From Acidobacteriota bacterium (GTDB lineage: Bacteria > Acidobacteriota > Vicinamibacteria > Vicinamibacterales > CAVVIG01), in contig JAFDVO010000012.1 of assembly GCA_018268955.1 (NCBI GenBank), positions 128,215 through 192,214 of the forward strand: a stretch of DNA of 64,000 bases. The letters are read 5' to 3'. Positions 57,701-64,000 of this stretch are shown piece by piece. The position numbers and the translations under genes were made by a program. The notes beneath the pieces were generated by a model. That model saw only the letters and a list, made by a program, of their open reading frames with translations, made no database searches and had not been told where the DNA came from. Position 1 is the first letter of the stretch. Each line of letters begins with the position of its first letter.

Positions 57701-59757
57701 GCCGCCTTGCTGCTGTCGCGGCCGCCCTCGTCGCGGCTGGTGTTCCCGCAACGCTGCTGAGCCTCCAGGCACCGGTCGCGGCGTTCGCGTACTTCGGTGT
57801 GTACCTGCTGGCGCTGCTGCCCGGACTGCCTGTGGGCTTCCTGCTCTTCGGCCGACGGCAGGCCGCAGGGTGGATCGCTGGCGCGCTCATCGGCTACGCG
57901 ACCTCCGCGCTGGCGGTATGGGCCGCGGTGTTCACCCGGCATGGGACGACAGCCGGCCTCGTCCTCGCGTGGAGCGCGGGCCTGGTCGCCCTCTCCGCAC
58001 TGGCCGCGGTGATGGCTTCGAGACGTCGAGCCCCGCTTGTCGTTCTGCCGGTGTGGACCACCCGCCACACGGCCGCCCTGCTGCTGACGCTCCTGATGGT
58101 GCCTGCCCTGGTCGGGCGCCCCTTTGCGCGGATTGGCAGCGTCGACGAGAACGGCGACGCGCGGTACCGCGCCTACTTCACCGCCGACTTCGTGTGGCAC
58201 ATGGCCATGACGGCGGAACTGCAGAAGCACGACACGCCGCCCGTCAACCCGTACCTCGCGCCCGAGCGGATCCACTACTACTGGACCTACTTCCTGGTGC
58301 CGTCCGCCGCGGCGCCGATCGCCCACGCGGATGTTGCGCTCGCGCTCGAGGTGAACGCGCTCGGGACCGCTCTGCTGCTGGTATCCGCCATCTTCCTCAC
58401 GGCATGGGCCGCGCTGCCGGCCTACCCCTTCGCCGTCGCAGCCGCTGTCACGTTCGTGGTCCTCGGGGCGAGCGCGGAAGGCCTTGCCGCCATGGCGTAC
58501 GTCACGCAGCAGGGGCAGGGCCTCTCAGGCGTCCGGGACCTGAACGTGGACGCGCTCTCTCGCGGCGTGGGCGGCTTGCGGATCGACAACCTGCCGCGGG
58601 CCATGTGGAACACGCCGCAGCACTCGATGTCCTACGCACTGGGACTGACCGCGCTGCCAGTCGCCATCGTCGCGGGGCTGAGCGCTGACATGCTTGCGAT
58701 CCTCGTCGCCGGCGTCGCGCTCGGCGCGTCAGTGGCGTTCAACCCGTTCGTGGGCGCTCTCATCTGCGCGGTGTACGGACTCACCATCCTCGGCGAGTGG
58801 TGGCGGGTGCGCGGTTCGTTTGCACGCGTCCTGAAACACGGCCTCGCCGTAATCCCCGTGGTCGCAGCGCTCGGATGGGCGAGCCTCAACCAGGTCGCCG
58901 ACGGCGCTGGCAGCACACTGCACTTCGGCATGTACGGTCCGGCCAGGAACGCTCCTGCGATCGCCTTCGCGCTCTCCTTCGGTCCACTGCTCGTTCCGAT
59001 GGTGCTTGGATGGCTGCGTAATGCTGACGTGCCGTTCTCGCGCGTGTGGCCCGCCACTGCTGGCGTCGTGCTCGTCACCCTTGTCATGCATCTCGTCACC
59101 ATGACGGTCGACGAGTTCTGGATCGGGTTCCGCACGGGGCACTTGCTGTTCGTCTTCGTCCCGCCGCTGGTCGCGCGCGGCCTGGTGTGGGCGTGGCAGC
59201 GGCCGCAGCGTGCGTGGGCACGCGTCGCGCTCGTGGGGGCCTTTGCTGTCGGCAGCCTGACGACGGCGATCGACGCGTTCAACGCGCAGGACGTGGAGAA
59301 CACGCACGAAGGGATCGGCCTGCGCTGGACGCTGCATCTCACGCCCGAGCAGCAGGCGGGCCTGGCCTGGCTGCGCGCGAATACTCCGCGGACCGCCGTC
59401 GTGCAGGCCGAACCGGTGGTGCGCGGTCGCGACGCGTGGAGCCTCATCCCCTCCTTCGCGGAGCGACGGATGGCCGCAGGCCTTCCGATTTCCCTGATGC
59501 ACGTGCCGGAGTACGACACCCGCTCGGACGACGTGCAGAAGATCTTCGCGTATGCGGATGCCGAGCGGGCCTGGCGTTCGGCGCAGTCACTCGGGATTGA
59601 CTACCTGTGGCTCGACGCGACCGACCGTGCCGCTTACCCGAACGCCGCGAAATTTGCGGATCATCCGGACTGGTTCTCGCCCGTGTTCACCGCGGGCGAC
59701 GTGGCCATATACCGCGTCAGCCGCGACGATAACGCCAGAACGTCCGGAACCCGATGA
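57697..59757 (+). CDS. Large polytopic membrane protein (~686 aa, 14+ TM) with a C-terminal soluble domain; GT-C-like or polymerase-like, family not recognised
   Basis: ATG 57697 (MSRLAAVAAALVAAG...). A conserved-looking loop reads YRAYFTADFVWHMAMTAELQKHDTPPVNPYLAPERIHYYWTYF. The C-terminal ~170 aa are soluble. The upstream 260 codons of the track ORF overlap copy 2 in another frame. Confidence 0.7.
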   Translation: MSRLAAVAAALVAAGVPATLLSLQAPVAAFAYFGVYLLALLPGLPVGFLLFGRRQAAGWIAGALIGYATSALAVWAAVFTRHGTTAGLVLAWSAGLVALSALAAVMASRRRAPLVVLPVWTTRHTAALLLTLLMVPALVGRPFARIGSVDENGDARYRAYFTADFVWHMAMTAELQKHDTPPVNPYLAPERIHYYWTYFLVPSAAAPIAHADVALALEVNALGTALLLVSAIFLTAWAALPAYPFAVAAAVTFVVLGASAEGLAAMAYVTQQGQGLSGVRDLNVDALSRGVGGLRIDNLPRAMWNTPQHSMSYALGLTALPVAIVAGLSADMLAILVAGVALGASVAFNPFVGALICAVYGLTILGEWWRVRGSFARVLKHGLAVIPVVAALGWASLNQVADGAGSTLHFGMYGPARNAPAIAFALSFGPLLVPMVLGWLRNADVPFSRVWPATAGVVLVTLVMHLVTMTVDEFWIGFRTGHLLFVFVPPLVARGLVWAWQRPQRAWARVALVGAFAVGSLTTAIDAFNAQDVENTHEGIGLRWTLHLTPEQQAGLAWLRANTPRTAVVQAEPVVRGRDAWSLIPSFAERRMAAGLPISLMHVPEYDTRSDDVQKIFAYADAERAWRSAQSLGIDYLWLDATDRAAYPNAAKFADHPDWFSPVFTAGDVAIYRVSRDDNARTSGTR

Positions 59758-60409
59758 ACCAGTCGCGGAGACCAATCTTCTTGCCTTCCGCCTTCGTCCT
59801 GGGCGCGTAGCGAATCGGCACCTCCGCGATGGTCGCGCCGCGCGTGACCATCCGTGCGGTGATCTCGTGATCGAGTTCGAACCCGCTGGTCTCCAGTGGA
59901 AGCGCTGCGAGTTCCGCACGACGAAACAGCTTGTACGCGGTGACCGTGTCCGTGAGCCACTGACCGGTGAACGCCAGCGCGATCAGGCTCAGGCTGCGGC
60001 CGCCGAGGTACGCCGCGAGCGACTGGTTGGCGTGGCGCCCGGACTGCAGGTAGCGACTGCCGTAGACCACCGTGCCGCGCCCTCCAAGCAGCGCATCGAG
60101 CATCGGTGCGTAGTCGTTCGGGTCGTACTCGAGGTCGGCGTCCTGGATGATGAGGAACTCGCCGGTCGCCCGCGCGATGCCTGCGCGTACCGCTCCGCCC
60201 TTGCCACCATTCTTTGGGAGACGGACCAGCACCACGTCTGGCTCCGCCTCGACGATCGCCGCCGTCCGATCGCGCGAGCAGTCGTCGACGACGATGATCT
60301 CCTTCGTCAGCGAGAAGCGGGAGAGGTCGACAGCCTTGATCTGCTTCAGCAGCGTGCCGATGAAGCGCTCTTCGTTGTACGCGGGGATGACAATTGACAG
60401 GACGGGCAC
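59717..60409 (-). CDS. Polyprenol-phosphate glycosyltransferase, GT2 (DPM1/GtrB/ArnC-like)
   Basis: LSIVIPAYNEERFI, VVDDCSRDRT, KNGGKGGAVRAGI and DxD in IIQDADLEYDP. A C-terminal amphipathic/TM tail follows. Confidence 0.9.
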   Translation of the reverse strand: MPVLSIVIPAYNEERFIGTLLKQIKAVDLSRFSLTKEIIVVDDCSRDRTAAIVEAEPDVVLVRLPKNGGKGGAVRAGIARATGEFLIIQDADLEYDPNDYAPMLDALLGGRGTVVYGSRYLQSGRHANQSLAAYLGGRSLSLIALAFTGQWLTDTVTAYKLFRRAELAALPLETSGFELDHEITARMVTRGATIAEVPIRYAPRTKAEGKKIGLRDWFIGFRTFWRYRRG

Positions 60410-60410
60410 A

Positions 60411-61265
60411 TCAACTCCGGGCGCGGGCCTGCAGGTAGCGTTCGACCGCCGCGAGGTCCTCAGGCGTGTTCACGCCCACCGACTCCTCGCGGTCCACGCA
60501 AGGGAACGTGACGACACCGCCACGAGCATCGGCAAACGGGATGAACGGCAGGAAGTTCCGCTCGCCGGTCTCCTCTCCCGTGCCCGCTCCCGTGGCGAAG
60601 TCCATCAGGTCGTCGACGAACGCGCGTCGCGACAGGCTGAACAGCCCCATGTCGCTCTCGCCGACCGCCGGCATGGCGTCCCCTTCGCGGCGATGCAGCA
60701 CGCGGACGATCCGCTGATCGGTGCCTCGCTGCAGGTGGATGTACGGCGACGCGGTCGTGCAGGTCGGCATCACGATGGGCGCATCAGCGTGCGCCGCTGA
60801 GAGTTCGGCGAGCCGCTCGACGGTGCGCGGATGCACACCCACTTGATCGCACCAGGTGATCCACACGTGGGCAGCAGGACTCGCCTCCACCACCGGTCGC
60901 GCCAGCAGGATGGCGTCGAGCATGCCGGTTGGCGCCTCCTGCACGACGACGGTCGCCGGAACAGCCTTCATCGCGAGATGCTCCGAGAGCGCTGTCCGCG
61001 ACTGGGGATGTGCCACGACGACGACGTGCTGGATCCACGGCAGGTACAGCTCCAGCAGCCAGTCGATCATTGGCCGGCCGAGCACCGGCACCAACACCTT
61101 CGGCAGCGCTGAGCGCAGCCGCGAGCCCATGCCGGCCGCAGGGATGACCAGCGTCCGCGGTTCGAGGAGATCATCGGGTCGGGACAGAGCTGGGTCTCCG
61201 TTCTTCGGATGCGGCGGCGGTCGTGTCTGACGGGGCCGTGAAGCGCCCCGCCACCAGGGCGCCAA
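60411..61265 (-). CDS. Nucleotidyltransferase (NTP_transferase / MobA-like fold)
   Basis: G-loop LVIPAAGMGSRLRSALPKVLVPVLGRPMIDWL. The start is uncertain. The only in-frame start upstream of the G-loop is TTG 61265, which overlaps the preceding gene by 95 nt; otherwise a CTG start is needed. Confidence 0.75.
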   Translation of the reverse strand: MAPWWRGASRPRQTRPPPHPKNGDPALSRPDDLLEPRTLVIPAAGMGSRLRSALPKVLVPVLGRPMIDWLLELYLPWIQHVVVVAHPQSRTALSEHLAMKAVPATVVVQEAPTGMLDAILLARPVVEASPAAHVWITWCDQVGVHPRTVERLAELSAAHADAPIVMPTCTTASPYIHLQRGTDQRIVRVLHRREGDAMPAVGESDMGLFSLSRRAFVDDLMDFATGAGTGEETGERNFLPFIPFADARGGVVTFPCVDREESVGVNTPEDLAAVERYLQARARS

Positions 61266-63147
61266 GCGCCTGCACCCCTTCGAGCACGGTTGTGCGTTTC
61301 ACGAGGTCCGGCGAGATCGGCAGGAACTGCACCGGGATTTCGAGGATGTCCGCCTTGCGGCGCAACAGGCGCGACAGGAGGTGTTCGTTGACGCGCGTGT
61401 GCGTGAGCGGCACGTCGAGCGCGATGACGTCGCGCGCGCGCACGGCGCGGACCGCCGACAGCGTGTCGGAGATGTACCGTCCGAACAACGCCAGGGTCGC
61501 CAGGCTCAGCACGTGGCTTCCGACGTAGCTGGCCCATCCGAGCAATGCCTTGCGGCGATACCGAAACTGGTAGGACTGTTCGATGTCCCGCACCGACAGG
61601 CGCCGGCTGCCCCAGACAGCATCGAGCCGCCCCGTGGACAGGCTCGACACCAGACCCGCGACGTCCTCGCCCCGGTACATCCCAGAGGACTCGAACAGCA
61701 CCACGTAGTCGTACCGCCCTTCGTGGACCGCCGCCCGGAACTGGGCATCCACGCTGCTCGTGTCCGCACGCAGGGCGTGCAACGGAAACGGCAGCGACGA
61801 CACGAACCCATCGTCCAGCGGCGCCCCTTCATAGAAGACCGCGGGCTCTATCGGCAAATCGGTCATGCCACCGCGGATCATCTCGATGATCGACTGCACC
61901 AGCTTGTTCGGCGACCCGCCGTCGTGCAGGAAGATCGCCACCCGCTGCGGGTCGTGCCGGTGCAGCAGCGAGCTGATGAACGGACCCAGGATCTTCCCGG
62001 CATCGTGCCGGCCGGTGACGCCATCCTCGTAGTTCGCGATGCGGACGAGGCGTGGGTCCTCGAGGGTCTCGATCTGCCCGAGCGGCACATACGGAGCCCC
62101 GGTCTCGGCGCTTCCGGGATCGTTCACGAAGTAGTGCGTGATCAGGCAGGGGGTCGGCGTATGTCGGCTCCCCTTTTCCTGCAGATAGAAGCGGGCGCGC
62201 TCGATGATGTCCACGGCCGTACTGCCGGCGATCTCCGCGTCGGCCTGGATGTTGGTGATGAGCAGCTTGATCGCCCGCAGGTTCTTCGCGATCACGTCGC
62301 TCAACCCCGGGGTCAGGTACGAGGGGAAGAGGCTCGAGTGCTGCGTGCCGGGCGCGTAGATGATGAGGTCCGCCTCCGCGATCTTCGGCACCAGTCGGGG
62401 ATTGAGGGCCGGGTGCACCTCGCGCCCGCGGAATAGCGCACGTGCCGCGTCCGGTCCACCGAGTCCCTGCCGCTCGCCCGGTGCCAGCGGCGGATCGATC
62501 AGGAAGATGTCCTCGATCCGGTTCTGCCCCGCAGCGCCCACGATCTCTTCCTCGCTGCCAAGTACCGTCCCGTCGGCCCCGATGGCGACAAGGTGAGCGT
62601 TCGTCCCGTCGGTGACGTTCTCGACGATGCCCACCGGAAGGCCGACGAGCCGGCAGTAGTCGTCGACGGCGTCATTGAATCGCCGCCCACACAGCAGGAA
62701 CGAACCGGCAAACACGAGATTCCCCACGCTGCAGTCGTCGAAGTCGAACGGCCGCCCCGTGCGCGCGAGTTCCGCGGCGAACGCCTCGACACGCTCGGCG
62801 AGCGCGGGATAGGCGCTGGCCTTGCTGCGGACCGTTGCGAGCGCCAGGTCCTGGGCCAGACCGTCCGGCAGCCGTGCGTCGAGAACCTCGATGAGCGCCG
62901 GCGCACTGGTCCCGAGTTCGAGCGCGAGCCGCGAGGCGTTCTTGCGGAAATCGGACGGCCCAAGTGCGTCGCCCAGGAACCGTCGCACTTCCCCGGTCGA
63001 CTTCCCGTCGTCGTAGCCGTTGATCGCGAGCGTGAGCTGGATGCGCGGGTCGCGGAGGAGCTGCCTCGAGAGCATGCTCGATCCGCGGCCGCCGGAGAAG
63101 AGCACCACGCGCGCGCCGGGCGTGGTGACGGTGTGGCTCTGGGCCAT
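61171..63147 (-). CDS. CofD/YvcK-like (UPF0052) domain fused to a degenerate GT2-like C-terminal region
   Basis: N-terminus: VVLFSGGRGSSMLSRQLL, LAINGYDDGKSTGEVRR, GPSDFRKNASRLA, IIYAPGTQHSSLFPSYL (UPF0052 pattern). C-terminus: VVLFESSGMYRGEDV, AVWGSRRL, DTLSAVRAVRA, ILEIPVQF (GT2-like, with no DxD). Confidence 0.7.
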   Translation of the reverse strand: MAQSHTVTTPGARVVLFSGGRGSSMLSRQLLRDPRIQLTLAINGYDDGKSTGEVRRFLGDALGPSDFRKNASRLALELGTSAPALIEVLDARLPDGLAQDLALATVRSKASAYPALAERVEAFAAELARTGRPFDFDDCSVGNLVFAGSFLLCGRRFNDAVDDYCRLVGLPVGIVENVTDGTNAHLVAIGADGTVLGSEEEIVGAAGQNRIEDIFLIDPPLAPGERQGLGGPDAARALFRGREVHPALNPRLVPKIAEADLIIYAPGTQHSSLFPSYLTPGLSDVIAKNLRAIKLLITNIQADAEIAGSTAVDIIERARFYLQEKGSRHTPTPCLITHYFVNDPGSAETGAPYVPLGQIETLEDPRLVRIANYEDGVTGRHDAGKILGPFISSLLHRHDPQRVAIFLHDGGSPNKLVQSIIEMIRGGMTDLPIEPAVFYEGAPLDDGFVSSLPFPLHALRADTSSVDAQFRAAVHEGRYDYVVLFESSGMYRGEDVAGLVSSLSTGRLDAVWGSRRLSVRDIEQSYQFRYRRKALLGWASYVGSHVLSLATLALFGRYISDTLSAVRAVRARDVIALDVPLTHTRVNEHLLSRLLRRKADILEIPVQFLPISPDLVKRTTVLEGVQALGALVAGRFTAPSDTTAAASEERRPSSVPTR

Positions 63148-63159
63148 CGAGGAGAGGCG

Positions 63160-64000
63160 CTATTCGGAGAGCGAGCCCGCGTGTGCCGGGATGCGGGCCG
63201 GCACCGCCTTGCGCTTCTCCTTCGTCGCACGCACGAGGAACTTGACGTACGGCACCACCTGCTTCACCGCCGCCACGTTCATCTGGCAGGGGCTCAGGCA
63301 GGTCGGGCACTGCGTGTCGCGGATCCAGTCACGATGCTGCTGGCTGGTCGCGCGAAAGTAGAGCTCCTCGGGGTCTTCGGTGAGCACATTGCCGAGAATC
63401 TGGCTGTTCTCGCAGAAGTAGAGGCCACCATCCGGGTTCAGCATGATGCCCTGCGTCTGGAACGGGCACGGCGCCTCGCGGTGGTAGCCGTTGCCGATCA
63501 TGTCGGCATAGTGCATGTGGATGTAGTTCTGCCCGTCCATCATCGGGTCCATCCGCACGCGCTCGAGGAAGAACTGCCGCAGCCGCTCCTCGTCGCGGCC
63601 GATTGGCTTCACGGCCCCGGCCGCCAGCTCGCCATTGCCGAGCATCGGGTCCGAGAAGCGGACCATGTTGAAGACGATGTCGAGCCCTTCCTTCTTGGCC
63701 CAGGCAAGGATGTTCTCGCAGTCGTCGATGTTCTTGTTGAAGATCGTGGCCGACACGCCGAAGTTGAACGGCACGCGCTGCTGCAGCTCGCGCATCGCGG
63801 CAATGGTCTTGTTGGCCTTCTCGAAGGCCCCCTTCACGTGCCGCACCTCGTTGTGCATCTCGCCGACGCCGTCGATGGAGACGCGGGTGCTGAAGATGAC
63901 GCCTTTCTCGGCGCAGTACTCCGCCACCTTCGTCAGCATCGGGATCGCACGATGCGGCGTCAGCCCCGTGGTGTTGATGCCGTACTTCCGAATCTTCGGC
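63160..64000 (-). CDS. Radical SAM protein with a SPASM domain (C-terminal part; gene continues beyond the right edge)
   Basis: The frame stays open to 64000 (PKIRKYGINTTGLTPHRAIPMLTK...). Radical-SAM barrel-type segments STRVSIDGVGEMHNEVR and SATIFNKN are present. SPASM cysteines: CPFQTQGIMLNPDGGLYFCENS...CPTCLSPC. Confidence 0.75.
   Translation of the reverse strand, partial: PKIRKYGINTTGLTPHRAIPMLTKVAEYCAEKGVIFSTRVSIDGVGEMHNEVRHVKGAFEKANKTIAAMRELQQRVPFNFGVSATIFNKNIDDCENILAWAKKEGLDIVFNMVRFSDPMLGNGELAAGAVKPIGRDEERLRQFFLERVRMDPMMDGQNYIHMHYADMIGNGYHREAPCPFQTQGIMLNPDGGLYFCENSQILGNVLTEDPEELYFRATSQQHRDWIRDTQCPTCLSPCQMNVAAVKQVVPYVKFLVRATKEKRKAVPARIPAHAGSLSE

Noticed and set aside
61171-63147. Interpreting the CofD-like gene as ordinary coenzyme F420 biosynthesis (cofD/fbiA)
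   Set aside because: No cofC/cofE/cofG/cofH-like genes are visible next to it. The protein also carries an extra GT2-like C-terminal region, and the neighbours are glycan genes. This cannot be fully excluded without seeing the sequence beyond 64000.

Overview
This is a strongly GC-rich, gene-dense bacterial chromosomal segment with GC-biased third codon positions. Many long ORFs in the track are antisense or out-of-frame shadows. I support about 55 protein genes, one RNase P RNA (rnpB), a few hairpin terminators and one weak sigma-54 promoter candidate. I found no rRNA, tRNA, CRISPR array, IS element or integrase.

Layout:
- 1-2179: gcvT-gcvH-gcvP operon.
- 2271-4922: a sigma-54-type activator with a degenerate GAFTGA loop, followed by a secreted Cys/Trp-rich protein and a mini membrane protein.
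- 5197-9125: an HPF/RaiA homologue, then a DUF2723 (TMEM260-like) GT-C membrane protein preceded by a small zinc-ribbon gene.
- 9262-10917: a CheY-like receiver, then a translationally coupled comEA / FimT-GspH pseudopilin / PilZ operon.
- 11362-23118: DUF2235 hydrolase, M16 peptidase, a persulfide-dioxygenase/rhodanese + TauE pair, prfC, rtcB, an epimerase and an amidohydrolase.
- 23179-34924: rnpB, then a long co-directional housekeeping block (NtrC-type regulator, htrA, ligA, polyprenyl synthase, tatD, metG, larC, radC).
- 35607-37219: a methyltransferase coupled to a DapF homologue in which both catalytic cysteines are serines.
- 37195-43419: glpD-like, a TonB-receptor-like OMP, a beta-lactamase-fold hydrolase and another OMP.
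- 43440-64000: ttcA, then a large envelope-glycoconjugate locus.

The glycoconjugate locus is the most interesting part. It has no Wzx/Wzy/Wza-type genes in view. Instead it combines GT4s, GT-C-type membrane enzymes, two flippase-like (LPG-synthase-TM) paralogues, a polyprenol-phosphate GT2, two lipoproteins that share a repeated ~100-aa module, and an OM barrel. It ends in a tight operon of a radical SAM/SPASM protein, a CofD/YvcK-like::GT2-like fusion, and a nucleotidyltransferase.

All family calls rest on motifs I read in the translations. No database search was possible. The lineage guess (an Acidobacteriota/Gemmatimonadota-like soil bacterium) is inference only.
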